Part shown: piece by piece, positions 25,260 through 38,720 of the stretch | Position numbering within the stretch: the stretch's first letter is position 1 | How the letters are laid out: every line of letters starts with the position of its first letter | Source of the DNA: Octopus sinensis | Lineage: Eukaryota | DNA length: 64,000 nt | Direction of reading: 5' to 3' | Assembly (NCBI RefSeq): GCF_006345805.1 | Contig: NC_043011.1 | Span: 9,920,001 to 9,984,000, forward strand | The notes under the pieces: generated by a model | Database searches by the model: none | What the model was told of the DNA's origin: nothing | Seen by the model: the letters and a program-made list of their open reading frames with translations, nothing else | Position numbers and translations under genes: made by a program

Positions 25260-27945
25260 ACTGTTAATAGTGTCACTAAATGAGTGTGTGCAAATCCTGT
25301 GATCTGTTTTACATATTTATGCTTCATTTCAGATATAAGTATGCTATGTATGTGTGTCTGTGTGTATCACAATATATATATATATATATGCACACACACG
25401 TCCATATGTATGTAAATATATGCATATGTATACACACACACACACACACACATACATGTATGAAAATTCTTGCATAAAAGATCAAGGAAACCAGACATTC
25501 AAAATGATTCTGCTAAACCATAAAAATCTGTAAACAACACACATACACATGAATACATAATGAACACACACACACACACACACACACGCACACTCTCATA
25601 GGCACACACAAACACACAATAACACACATACACATATGTCTGATACTGTAGATTTTATTTTTTAAGGTTTGGTCTTGTAGAAGAGTTTGTGATCTTAATC
25701 TATGGAGACCTCCCTCCCATGGTGGGGAGTTTGATACCATTAACATTCCTTGGCTGCAGGTTAGGCATTTGTTGAGTGGGAGTTTCATAGGGTTATGAGT
25801 GTTGTGATTAAGGTAGGGGTCATCATAAAGATGATAAGAGGAGAAACTAATGAACTGGGAATCTCTGAGCAGTGGAGGTACCACCATCACAAGACCTGAA
25901 GAAATGATGAAGTGAGGAGACAATATATGTCTGTGAGACAATCCAGGAATCATTTTCAGGTATTCTTGGCCTGGCAGTGCAACAAGACAAAGTTTACAGG
26001 AATTGAATTACCATCAGGTGGAAATGACTGAGATGTACACAGAACAATGAAACCATTCTATAGACTCTGGTTCACTGTCCAAATTTGGTGGCATTCTACA
26101 ATTATGTTGAACAACTGTTAATGAAGGCTCATGAGATGAGATGTTGTGGTGTGACTTTGTGTGGTGTTGTATTTCAAATATCACCACACACTTACTTATT
26201 CCCTTAGCAATAACTGGGTGAAGCTGTTAATGATAAACAAAGGGCAAGAGATAACCAAGTCCCAGTAATTAAATGCTTGAATGTCTAATTAGGTAAAAGT
26301 TATAACAAGCCAATATGAGATTTAGAATGAACAAAGCAAACCTTATCACATCAGGCAAGATTAACACCCACCTATAAAATGTGGTACAACACCTCAGTTT
26401 TACAAACAAACAGAAAGCAATGAGCACAGTTATTACATACGTAAACCCTGCAGTGACTGAAACACACAAACCATTTCATGATAGGGTTAGGGTGAGGGTA
26501 ACTCAGCTGGGTGACTGAGGTGTAGCGGATGATTCCATCAACTGGACGAAACAATTGTTAATTAAACTGGCACTACCCCCACCCTCCCCACCCCAGCCGA
26601 CAATCAGCAATGAGCCACATGGTGAGATATTGAGAGATATTGAGGAACTGAAGTATTTCAAGGTGATGCTTCTTGGCCAAACACACAGGCAATAATCTCA
26701 AATAACTTGGCTAGTTGTAGCTCTGAACTTACATATGTTCAATGCAACTATAAGTAAACATTTTAACAAGCTTTAGTATAGCAATGATTGGCAAGTGGAT
26801 ATATTTATTACTGCTGTCATGAACTTTAAGTGGTGGGGAAAACATTTAGATGAGTATAAAGTAAATCGAAGGGTTAACAGTCAACGTTTTGTTGATATTT
26901 TCCTTTTTACGCTCTATTCTTGATTAATATTGTGTATGAGACCTCAGTCATGGAAATTTTGGCAGGGGATCCATAGAATAAATATTCTTCTTCTAACTAT
27001 CTTTTAATGTTTTTGGCAAAAGGACAAGAACCATTCAAGTTAGAAAAATAAAATTGTAGAAATCTCACATCATTGATTTCAGCTAAAAGTTGGTATTTTA
27101 TCAAATTGGGTAGATTCCCACCCCTAAATAGAGTAGACTCTACCCCCAAACAGAGTAGACCCTATTCCCAAATTGAGTAGACCCTACAACCAAATCATTT
27201 TACATTGATTTTATTTCTTTGAAATCTCAATCAAAGTTCCTTTTGCCTTAATTAGATCATGTACTTAAATGTTTTAAATAATTTCTAGATTTACCATTTA
27301 GTACTTAAACTAGCTCTGCCCAAATATTCTACCAGTTTTATTTTGAAACAGACCAGATCCAGCTTTTCACACTTACCCTATAATGTCATTCCAAACATAA
27401 TTACATCATCACTGAAATCTCAAAGCCACCAGATACCAAAATCTGTTTAATTCATGACAAAATGAATGAATAACCATAAACATGAATGCCATGGGTTCGA
27501 TGAAATAAATATTGGAGTTGAATGTCCGTCAAATAAACGAGAAGAAATCTGAAGAGCTTAGAAGCACTGAATTCATTAACAGAAGGACTTCATGTGCAGA
27601 GTAGCCGGGTACTCTAACTGGAAGATCAATGGTTTATGACGTACCACAGCAACTGTGCTTACGGTATTCCTATTTCTAACAACAACAGTCCACTTAGTTG
27701 TATACAGGTCCCATAGTCTAGGGACAACTCATTGTTGTGAGCAACAACAACAACAAATGATGAATGCTTTTCTTAGTGTTGAGTGCTTATATAAGCATAC
27801 ATATGTAAATACACACACACATATACTCCACACTAAGAAAAGCATTTGCCAATTGTTACTATTGTTGTTACTGACAACAGTGTGTTGTCCTTACACTATG
27901 AGACTTATATGTACATATATATATATATACACACACATGAGTTAA

Positions 27946-28257
27946 GGAACAGAGTGGATAAGATCTGGACTACATATGTTTCATAGCAAGCGACACCTCA
28001 GAATTGGTAAATATTCAAGCAAGGTGTATACTGCAGGCTACACTTCAGGCCAAGGATGTCTTTGATATCTTGGCATTCTGACTGAATCTTGCATCTGTTA
28101 ACATGTACCCCCTTGCAACAATGTAAACTTTCATTTAAGCAAGATGTCCTTGGCCAGGAGAGTAGCCTGTGGTATACACCTCACTTGGATATTTACCACT
28201 TCTGAGGTTCCACTCGCTATGAAACATATGTAGCCCGGATCTTATCTACTTCATTCC
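27946..28257. mobile_element. MITE with about 117-bp TIRs and TTAA flanks (Kolobok-like)
   Basis: TTAA|GGAA...TTCC|TTAA; arms 27946-28062 and 28141-28257 align as diverged inverted repeats; 78-bp spacer. Confidence 0.85.
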
Positions 28258-28472
28258 TTAATTCTTGTATTCTTATTCACACACCCAGCAACTCTGGCCA
28301 CCTACCATGAAATATAAAAAGAACTTTTTTCAGTTTGTTGCACTTCAATACAAAAAAAGTCCTAGACCTTCCATCTCAATAAATCACTATTGTCCCTGAA
28401 TGTTGTCTTTTATATTTACTACCGATTGCTTGAAGCTAACCTTATTCTTACACCTTGATCCCTGGATCCTAT

Positions 28473-28515
<43 letters not shown>

Positions 28516-28535
28516 CAAACATACATATGTGTGCA

Positions 28536-30310
28536 TATGCAGTTTGGGTTTGTGCCAGGGAAAAGTACCACTGATGCTATATTACTGGTAAGGCAGCTGC
28601 AAGAGAAATACCTAGCCAAAGATAAGGCCCTGTACCTGGCTTTTGTTGACATGGAGAAAGCCTTCAACAGGGTCCCCCGATCACTTATCTGGTGGTCAAT
28701 GAGGAAACTAGGGATAGATGAATGGTTAGTGAGAGCTGTGCGGGCCATGTACAGGGACGCTGCTAGTAAGGTGAGGGTTGGCAACGAGTACAGTGAAGAA
28801 TTCTGGGTAGGAGGAATTCAAGACAGGATGCCCCTGGGAGCTCCTCTATGCTGATGACCTTGCTCTAATTGCTGAGTCACTATCAGAACTGGAGGAGAAG
28901 TTTCAGGTGTGGAAACAAGGATTAGAATCGAAGGGCCTTAGAGTCAATCTAGCTAAAACCGAAGTCGTAATCAGTAGGAAGGTAGACAAATCACAAACAC
29001 CTTCAGGTAGATGGCCCTGCTCGATTTGTAGAAAAGGTGTAGGTAGAAACTCTATAAGATGCACCAAGTGTAAGCTATGGACACATAAGAGGTGCAGCAA
29101 TGTCAAAGGAAGGCTAACTAGGAAGATGGTTTTTGTATGTGGCAGATGCTTGGAACAATAAACACTGAAAATGCTCTGAGACCAACTTCTGTCACTTTCC
29201 AGGGAGAAAAACTAGAAATAGTTGATAGCTTCCGTTACCTAGGTGACCAAGTCAGCAGCGGGGGCAGGTGTGCTGAAAGTGTAACTGCTAGAGTAAGAAT
29301 AGCTTGGGCAAAGTTCAGAGAGCTCTTACCTCTGCTGGTGACAAAAGGCCTCTCGCTCAGAGTAAAAGGCAGACTGTATGACGCATGTGTACGAACAGCC
29401 ATGCTACATGGCAGTGAAACATGGGCCGTGACTGCTGAGGATATGCGTAAGCTCGCAAGAAATGAAGCCAGCATGCTCCGATGGATGTGTAATGTCAGTG
29501 TGCATACTCGACAGAGTGTAAGTACCTTGAGAGAAAAGCTGGACCTAAGAAGCATCAGTTGTGATGTGCAAGAGAGACGTTTGCACTGGTATGGGCATGT
29601 GGTGAGAATGGATGAAGATAGTTGTGTGAAAAAGTGCCACACCCCCAGCGGTTGAGGGAACCTGTGGAAGAGGCAGACCCAGGAAAACCTGGGACGAGGT
29701 GGTGAAGCACGACCTTCGAACTTTAGGTCTCACTGAGGAAATGACTAGAGACCGAGACATCTGGAAGTATGCTGTGCGCGAGAAGATCCGGCAGGACAAG
29801 TGAGACCATAACCCGTGGCCTTCTACATGGGATGTAGCCAGCCCACATATGCATACCTTCCCTTCTTGGGACACAAAACTCTACTTGTGAAGACCTGTTG
29901 TGGCAATTGAGGATCAGAATCGAAATCGATCAATGGAAATTGCAGCTGAGTTACCAGTACCGGTGGCACGTAAGAGAACCATCCGAATGTGGCCGTTGCC
30001 AGCGCTGCCCAGACTGGCCTCGTGCCGGTGGCACGTAAAAAGCACCATCCGTTCGTGGCCGTTGCCAGCCTCGCCTGGCCCCGTGCCGGTGGCACGTAAA
30101 AGCACCATCCATCCGTGGCCGTTTGCCAGCTCCGTCTGGCACCTGTGCGGGTGGCACTCATGGAGTGGTTGGCGTTAGGAAGGGCATCCAGCCGTAGAAA
30201 CACTGCCAGATCAGACTGGGCCTGGTGCAGCCTTCTAGCTTCCCAGACCCCAGTTGAATCGTCAACCCATGCTAGCATGGAAAGCGGACGCTAAATGATG
30301 ATGATGATGA
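28536..30310 (+). mobile_element. RTE-clade LINE, 5'-truncated ORF2 (RT pseudogene) with 3' UTR and (GAT)n tail
   Basis: MQFGFVPGKSTTDAILLVRQLQEKY...FVDMEKAFNRVPR, YADD at about 28847, cysteine-rich segment, DACVRTAMLHGSETW, RRLHWYGHV. An internal deletion near 28812 removes the QGSVLSP segment; frameshifts present. Confidence 0.95.
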
Positions 30311-30454
30311 TACATTATGGAGATGTAGTAGTTATAAAGACTATAAGATTGGCATTTATTATTTCTTAATTTAATGTTTTATGTAGGCATTAAATGATGT
30401 GTGAATGTGATGAGAGGAGGTGGTGGGATAAACTGGTTTCATTATGGCAGAACT

Positions 30455-30934
30455 ACAAAAGCAGGTTGTAAATATTCTGAACGCCTTACTTCCCTGGGCA
30501 TGGTAACATTGAAACTCCGACGTCTGGCAGCTGACTTGGCAGACACCCATAAAATTATTAACCATCTTACTAACAATAACTCTGAGCACCTTTTCAAACT
30601 CCACCTGTCTAACACCTGTGGACATGTCTGCAAAGTCAGAAAACAGCACAGCTCCCATGACTTTCGGAAACATTTTTTCACGCTAAGAGTTGCTGAAGCA
30701 TGGAACAAACTGGCGGAATCAGTTGTTAGTTGTCAGAGCACTGCATCCTTCAAAACTTCCATGCTTCCTGAGATTCACCAACACTACACCTGATTTTCTC
30801 CCCTCCATACACACGCAAGCATGTATCTGACTCAAACACTGTTCACTTCCCAGACATTTGCACATCACTGCATATACTTTATACGCACTTTTGACAAGTT
30901 GTGGTGCACCTGAGCACTGTATACAATAATTTCA

Positions 30935-30977
<43 letters not shown>
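30455..30977 (+). mobile_element. CR1-clade LINE 3' fragment with (ATT)n tail
   Basis: YSERLTSLGMVTLKLRRLAADL...GHVCKVRKQHSSHDFRKHFFTLRVAEAWNKL...SFK, typical of a CR1 ORF2 C-terminus, followed by a UTR and (TTA)n. Confidence 0.88.
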
Positions 30978-30978
<1 letters not shown>

Positions 30979-31261
30979 ATATTAGAAGATTAGTCAAAGG
31001 GACAATTCAGGGTGGAGGGAGAATAATGGGGAAATAGGAGATTTCTAGAGATTAATACTAAAGAAACACACACACATTAACTAATATAAAACAGTGCCAT
31101 CTATTGGTGGAAACAAAATAGCAGCAGCTGATAACATCTGTGCTCTTTGGCCTTTGTTGTCTATATGAGATGAATGTTTAGGATGTTCACTGCAGTCTAA
31201 AGCACTATTAACAACACATCCAAGTTCGGTTGGATGTGCTAATCAATATATACATATATAT

Positions 31262-31652
31262 ATATCATCATCATTATTTAATGTCTGCTTCCCATGCTGG
31301 CATGGGTTGGACGGTTTGACTGAGAACAGGCAAGCCAGGAGGCTGCACCAGGCTCCAATCTGATTTGGCAAAGTTTCTACAGCTGGATGCCCTTCCTAAT
31401 GCCAACCACTCTGAGTGTGTAGTGGATGCTTTTTATGTGCTACTGGCATTGGAGCCAGTCAGGCAGCACTGGCATCAGCCACATTTGGATGGTGCTTTTT
31501 ACATGCCACCAACACGGGGAGCCAGTCAGGCAGCATTGGCAATGACCCATGCATGAATGGTGCTTACTGTGTGTCACCAGCACGGGAGCCAGTTAGGTGG
31601 CACTGGCATCGGCCACAACTACAATTTCTATTTGATTTTGATTTTGATTTTG

Positions 31653-31657
<5 letters not shown>
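31262..31657 (-). mobile_element. RTE-type 3' end stub
   Basis: CATCAT tail, CCATGCTGGCATGGGTTGGACGG, GGATGCCCTTCCTAATGCCAACCAC, ending in (GATTTT)n. Confidence 0.85.
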
Positions 31658-31725
<68 letters not shown>

Positions 31726-31755
31726 CAAAATCAAAATCAAAATCAAATGGAAATT
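31623..31755. repeat. 133-bp near-perfect AT-rich palindrome
   Basis: Arms AATTTCTATTTG(ATTTTG)n and (AAAATC)nAAATGGAAATT (1 mismatch) around an (AT)n centre. Confidence 0.9.
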
Positions 31756-32109
31756 TTAAAAATTCATTAAAAATAAATCGATATAAAAGAAGAGCACTCA
31801 AAGAGCGCAAACCTCCACCCCAAGGCATCACCAAAGTCCTCTCAATGATTAGCCAGAGATGATTTTTAAAATGAGAATATCTGAAATAAACTCGATTGCT
31901 CTCACAAGCGAGAATACTAAAAGTGGATTGTAATAAACTTATAAGAAATGTAACCGTAGAAATTGGATCATCCTTGATAAAGGAGGCGGTGGTATTGAGT
32001 GCACCTAAGTTAATTTTTGCAGCATTATTCCCCCAGAAATGGCCCTCAGATGTGAACCCCTGGATGTTATACTTCTAAATGGATTTATTTTTATATACCT
32101 AAGTTTTAA

Positions 32110-32230
32110 ACAACACTACAAGCTTTCTGTCGGAGCTCCACCGGGCATTCTATTCCAATCTCCTTCAGCCCTTTGTCTATATCCTTTCTTTGCAACAATT
32201 ATCATAGGTATGACCTTTACTGTTCACATG
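32110..32230 (-). mobile_element. R4/Dong-like (restriction-like endonuclease) LINE C-terminal fragment
   Basis: Minus strand encodes VIPMIIV and KGLKEIGIECPVELRQKAC, resembling the VIPIVIGALG...LQKA.LLGTA C-terminus of RLE-type LINEs; short and broken. Confidence 0.5.
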
Positions 32231-32285
32231 CTCCAAATCATCATCATCGTCATCATCATCATCATCAAAATCATCATTGTCATCA

Positions 32286-32336
<51 letters not shown>

Positions 32337-32353
32337 TATTATTATTATTATTA

Positions 32354-32570
32354 AGGTGGTGAGCTGGCAGAATTATTAGCATGACAGGCAAAATGCTTAG
32401 TGGTATTTCAATTGTCTTTTATGTTCTGAGTTCAAATTCTGTTGATGTCAACTTTGCCTTCCATCCATTTCGGGGTTGATGAAATAAGTACCAGTCAAGT
32501 ACTGGGGTCAATGTAATTGACTTATCCCTTCCCCACCAAATTGCTGGCCTTCTGCCTATTGTAGAAAGGA
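32354..32570 (+). mobile_element. SINE (second family), near full length, after an (ATT)n run
   Basis: AAGGTGGTGAGCTGGCAGAA head, CTGAGTTCAAAT, ATAAGTACCAG, CTGGGGTCAATGTAATTGAC, AAATTGCTGGCCTT. Confidence 0.85.
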
Positions 32571-33289
32571 TTCTTTTTATTATTTTTAATTTCTAGAAAT
32601 TAGAAAAAGTCTCAAAAAATTGGTGCCATTGCACGAAACTCTTGGCCCTTGAGCCACTTTGTAACTTTTGCTTTTAAACATAATAAAATGCATGACCTTA
32701 TATATTGAGATCTTTATATTTTGTTTGCACTCTCTCTCTCTCTCTCGCTGTTTATTTTCTCTTATTCCTTTCTGTTGAAGAGCATAGGCTCAAAACATCA
32801 AAGACTTTTTCAAATTAATACACTTACTTGTTGTTCATACACTTGTCTTCATCTTTTGTTTTCCTATAAATTTCAACAACACACACACACACACACAGGG
32901 GCCCCCATCCCCTCTTTCACACACTCTTTTCTTTATCTCTCTCTTCCTTCGTCCCATGTTTTCTTACCTTTTACATGTCACATTGTCCCTCTCCCTACCA
33001 CTCCATTGCAATCAACCCTCCTTCCTCCTCTTTGCTTCCCTTTCCTTTTCTCACACAGCTTCAGTGCAAGACTTGACCAGAGCTACTGCTGCTGCTGCTG
33101 CTGATTACGCCAGTCCTGGGGTCAGCAACTAAAACTGTCATCTCAGATCATCTCAATGTATTTAAACAACAAGTCAAATTTTGTGGATGCTGAAGTAAAT
33201 TTCAGCTGCGGCCATTTATATAATCTGTTTTATTCTGAGGAGCAATTTACAGCAAATAATTGTTTCCACCATTAATGCCTCAGGAAAAA

Positions 33290-33780
33290 GAGATGGCTTG
33301 CCCCTCACAAAAGCACAGTAATTCCATTTCATCTGCAGAGCTTCCAGACTCTTGCAGGAAGAAAGAAGTACTCAATATTGCTAAGAAGGTGTCTGGTTCC
33401 TGTTCTGACCTCAACAGGAATTCATTTTGCTTGGAAGACAACAAGTGCAGCAAACAGTTTCCAAAACTATTTGTCAAGAAAAACCAAACATGTGATAATG
33501 ACCAAACCTCTTACTAAAAGAAGAGAATCAGGAGCTTCCAAAGTTTGGTTGGATGGCAGAGGAATAATTCTATACTGGACAGTCGAGACCTTTAATGCAC
33601 AGACATTCATTTTGAAACCTGCAGTCCATTAGCATTCACTAAATATCACCAAAAAGATAAAACATAGCAGGAATGTTTGTTTTGGAACTACAAAATGGTT
33701 TCAATGAAGGAATCCCCTTCCAGCCTGGACAACTCTGCCCCGACAGGGACAATGTCTTCTGCTGCTTTTGGGGGTTATTT
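33290..33780 (+). pseudogene. Helitron Rep-domain fragment
   Basis: ISSAELPD...GSCSDLNRNSFCLEDNKCSKQFPKLF and, in another frame, DIHFETCSPLAFTKYHQKD match in order the Helitron Rep motifs SAEIPD...HGPCG.LNP.SPCM.DGKCSK.YP and HINVE.C.S..SIKY..KG. Recognised by eye. Confidence 0.65.
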
Positions 33781-35410
33781 ATTTCATCTTCCATCAATTT
33801 TGGAAACGGTGAATAAGTTAGGATGGTGTTAGAAGCGGCAACCATCCAAGCAAAAAAACATATGAGTGAGATGTGGTCCTTTGATCTGTCTAAGAGGGCA
33901 ATAAACTCTGAATAGCAAGTGATTCAGACCATAGCGACCCACCCAACCTGTGCCAGCAGGGAGGGCAGATGCAAAATGATGTAAACTTACACACACACAC
34001 ACACACACTAACATACATATATATATATATATATGCAGACACACACACACACTAACATACATATATATGCACTCACACACACACGCATATATTCAGCAAA
34101 GAAAATTGAAAAGAAATATTGGCACAGTGCCACCATGGGCAAAGGTGTCAGGTGTTTAATGAAATGTATAGTTGCAGAGTAAGTAAAGTGGCAGAGCCAT
34201 AATGATTTTGCAAGGCGGAGGAAGTGGGGGGGGGGGGGTGAGGGAATGTTCTCCTGATCTTATGATAGGACAACTGCCAATAGGCAATTGATCACAACAA
34301 CAACAACATTGAAATACTGAAAGATACGACAATGTTTTATCATGAAAGGCATTCAGTTTGGATGTTGTGATGTAGGACATACTAGTTTGCTTCTATAAGT
34401 AGGTAGTAGTAGTAGTAGTAGTAGTAGTAGGAGTGGTGGTGGTGGTGGTGGTGGGGATGAAGGCAATAACCACTTCAATGCTGCTCATAATGATGATGAT
34501 GATGATGATGATGATGTAGAATTATAAAAACTCTGATAAGAATGTTAAATGTTAATGTGTAAAATAATCATCATTATCATAACCACCATCACTTTGGCAA
34601 TAGTAAAGATGATGATGACGATGATGATTGTGATGGTAAGGATATCAAAGCCACGGATGATAAAAATAACATCAATCTTTTTATGTATATCATAAAATAT
34701 AAAACGGTCATTTGAATAAAGTTGTTGTTGTTGGGAAGTGTGAGAGACCGATATTGTTTGTACGTAATAAGAATGCCAATAAAGACTGGACAAATATTTA
34801 TTTTCAATTGGAAAGTCACAAAAGAAGAGTTCTGATTGTCATTAATGGAAATATTGGTGACAGAAATGAAACGTTTGCTTGTTTTAAACCCAAACTCAAT
34901 GTCAACAGAAAATTAATTTGGAGACAGAAGATAAAAACGAACTCAAATTACACATTTGACACCAAAACAATATTTTAACTCATTTTTAAGTGTTTGATAA
35001 CGAAATATTTGGAGGGGGGGTTCATGTTTGTGGACATGTTTATTGTGTATAAAATGATGCAATTTTATTTTATATTCTCTTCAATAACTTATTGTTTCCA
35101 AATCTCAACAGAGAAATAATATTCGGGAAATAAAGACTAAAAACTGCAATTTTGAAGCAAATGTTTACACAAATAGATGCACAAGTTGCATATGTTTGTG
35201 CAATAGATGCACATATACATAGCTGTTTGCACAACAGCCATACATATAGTCACATGGCAAGTTCTCATATTCTTCTGCTTTAACCGGTTCCAGTCACTGA
35301 ATTCTGGCCATCCTGGAGTACCAGTTTCAAAGAATTAAGCCTGATCATTTCATATATATATACATACATGTGTGTGTGTGTTTGTATGTATCTATGTATG
35401 TATGATGGAA

Positions 35411-35442
<32 letters not shown>

Positions 35443-36087
35443 ATGAATAAATAAATATGCATGTGTGTGTGTCTATGTACATACACACACACGTATGTGT
35501 ACACACATATATATATATACATATATATAGCTTTTCACTTTCATCCTCAATGTATGTGTTGGCTTTCTCGTTGGTAATGTTCTTTCCTATATATATATAT
35601 ATGCATAAATGTAGTTCTTTTCCCAAATAAATTGCATTTCTTATATGAGTTCACTGCATCGTGCAGCAGAAACAGCTGTAAGGCAATGAAATTGTAGTTG
35701 TGGTTGTGCCATTGTCTTGTAAATGGTACCCATGGAATCATAGTCTTGGTGATCGCTGATGCCATGTCAGTGGCACCTGAGAGATCGGTAGAAACAACTG
35801 GAATTTATATTTTAGGTTGGTATTCTAAACGTTTTTGATTTGAATTTTATTTCCTTCCCAATGGAACTCTCATAAAATACTGTATATAGTCATAACAATG
35901 TATTATACTTGACATCCTTACATAGATTGGTAAACATATTTACCGAATGTCACATTACACACACAAGCGAATAAAAGAGAAAATTGTATTGAACTGGTAT
36001 TATAAGGTATATAGATTTTTTCCAACCATATATATCCACATATCATATGCATACCCAGCATATATACACTTAGCATATATATACATA

Positions 36088-36340
36088 TCATCATCATCGT
36101 TTAATGTCTGCTTTCCATGCTGGCATGGGTTGGACGATTTGACTGAGGTCTGGCAAGCCAGAAGGCTGCACCAGACTCCAATCTGATCTGGCAGAGTTTC
36201 TACAGCTGGATGCCCTCCCACTCTGAGAGTGTAGTGGGTGCTTTTTACGTGCCACCTGCACGAGGGTCAGTCAAGCGGTACTGGCATCAGCCACACTCAA
36301 ATGGTGCCTTTTATGTGCCACCTGTACAGGAGTCCGGCAG
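36088..36340 (-). mobile_element. RTE-type 3' end stub
   Basis: CATCATCATCGTTTAATGTCTGCTTTCCATGCTGGCATGGGTTGGACG...GGTGCTTTTTACGTGCCAC. Confidence 0.85.
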
Positions 36341-36348
36341 TACTATAT

Positions 36349-36385
<37 letters not shown>

Positions 36386-38439
36386 TGTGTACATATACAT
36401 ATATATATATGTGTGTGTGTGTGTGTGTACACACACTTATCAATCCAGTAGATTTGAAAATATATTTAGTCAGTGACAAACAAAAGAGGAGCAAATCCCG
36501 AGGCCGGCCGACAGAACCAAACATTTTTAATGAATCTAAGGGAGGTAATAAAATATATGAGAGTTATATTTCTTGAATAAGTTTCAACATAACAGCTTTG
36601 TTGTAAATAAAGATAATATTCTACAGAGAGGAGTTGTTATCATTGATTAAAAAAAATATATGTGAACAACCTTTAACTCCATAGAATACACTTGGTTCCC
36701 CAACTGAGATAATAAACTCAGCAAAAAGTACTTCAGCTCCCAACGAAATTGCCCAAATTCTTTCACAACTAAATATCATTACCATTAAAAAGACAAGAAA
36801 ACTTAAAAATTTGGTCTTCATTTCATCTCCCAACACCTGAATCATTGAAAAAATCTGTTTCAACAATGATTTCTTATATAGAAACAAGGTCACAAAGGTC
36901 ACAAGGTCAGAAAGCAGGTGGGGCATCCGATTATATTGAACCCAGTATTTGACCTCTAGAAGGATTAACAACAAGGTTGATATCAATGTGATTTGAACTC
37001 AGAGCTTTTATAGCTAAATATATACACTACATGCCATGTTGTTTAATGTTCTCTACCCTAGAAATTCTTAAAATAAGGACATAGATCTATTATTTCAACA
37101 ATTCAAAGAAAATGAGGTTTGTGATGTAAGCACGTGCTAAGTTTTATAAAATTAATTTCTGCTTTCACTAAACTGTCTGAATATACATGTAATACAGCAG
37201 AGCCATCTAGTGGGGTATATCTGTGGTCACAGCTAAGCTTTTATTATACTTGTCTGGTGCAGCCTCGAGTCAGAGTACCAGTAATACACTGGGGTTTATT
37301 AACTCAGCATTTCCCTTCAAAAAGATTTACCTTCTCTACTGTCAAAAAACCCAGTATAAATGTATTGTTACCATTTTAATTTGAACCCTTGTAATTCCCA
37401 AACTTCAGGGAGCAGTTAAATGAGTTTTGCAAGCTAACTCCTCCTGTCATGTTTGCGAACCACTACAGTGGCCCATTGGTGCCACAATAGCAACCCATCA
37501 AAGACCACCCTTGAGGAGATTACTAAGAATATTCTCTAATGAATAAACACTACTAAATTAGCAGCCATGGTTCAAAAGATATTCTAATTAATCAAGGTAG
37601 AGTATTTGTATAAGGACTTATATTAATGATGTACGACTTGTATAACGACATAGAATATCATTCGTGTAATGATGATGATTCATATTGAGAAGGATGTGGC
37701 CTAGGGGTTAGGGTGCTGTATGCACAATCAACGGATCATGGGATCATGGTTTCAATTCCTAGACATGTTGGTGCATTGTGTTCTTGAGCAAAACACTTCA
37801 TTTCATGTTGTTCTGCAGGTTGGAGGGCAGAATCGTTGGCATGTTGGCTGAGGTGCTTTGTGGCACATCTTTCAGCTCTCTACATTGTGAGTTCAAATCC
37901 CACCTGCCTAGAGAAGGCAACAGGAAACCAGTATTCATCCGAAGTCTAGTGACGGAGGGCTGAAGCCCCAGTAATCTGGGCCCACCCAGGTTGTAGAGTG
38001 AGGACAGACCACCCTCAGACTAGAAGACTAGAGATTCATAGAAATGTTGTTGTCTGAAAGCTGACATCAGCATTTAATGTCTCGTTAATATTGAAGCGAG
38101 TCTTTCAAAGTTTGTTGAGGTCATCCATGGCAGAGATTCAATAGAAAGTTTATTTAGATCTGATCGATTGATGACAGAGATCAATGTCTGTCTACCTCAC
38201 TCTCCATTCTCTCTCTCTCTCTCTCTCTCTACTCCTGCTCCTCCTTCTCCTCTTCATATATTAGTTTCTCCATATCCCCTTACTTACCCACTTATCTATC
38301 TTCAAGATGTCAGTCAGTTCCAATTAATGATTGGGGCGGGGGGGGGGGGTCATCAACATCCCCACTATCCCCCTTACCTTCCCACTCTTCTTCTGCCACA
38401 CTCTTTCTTTCTCTTTTGCATTCATTTTAAACAATTTTC

Positions 38440-38602
38440 ATAAGATCCACATACACACACACACATATATATAATACACACACACATATATATAATACAC
38501 ACACACATATATATAATACACACACACACACATATATATATATAATACACATACACACATATATATAAAATACACACACACACACACATATATATATATA
38601 AT

Positions 38603-38633
<31 letters not shown>

Positions 38634-38635
38634 AT

Positions 38636-38666
<31 letters not shown>

Positions 38667-38720
38667 ATACACACACACACACATATATATATAATACACA
38701 CACACACATACAGGTGCACA
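38440..38720. repeat. Compound (AC)n(AT)nAAT minisatellite-like array
   Basis: Repeated ATATATAATACACACACAC units of variable length. Confidence 0.9.

Noticed and set aside
28310-28375. Very degenerate minus-strand hammerhead-like arrangement (CUAGGA...UUUGU/ACAAA...GAAA...UUC)
   Set aside because: The core lacks a G and stem I does not pair; too decayed to support.
26196-37338. Other tiny minus-strand AG...GT windows (26196-26223, 26733-26747, 32828-32863, 37331-37338)
   Set aside because: Such short splice-like matches are expected by chance in 64 kb of AT-rich DNA; no independent support.
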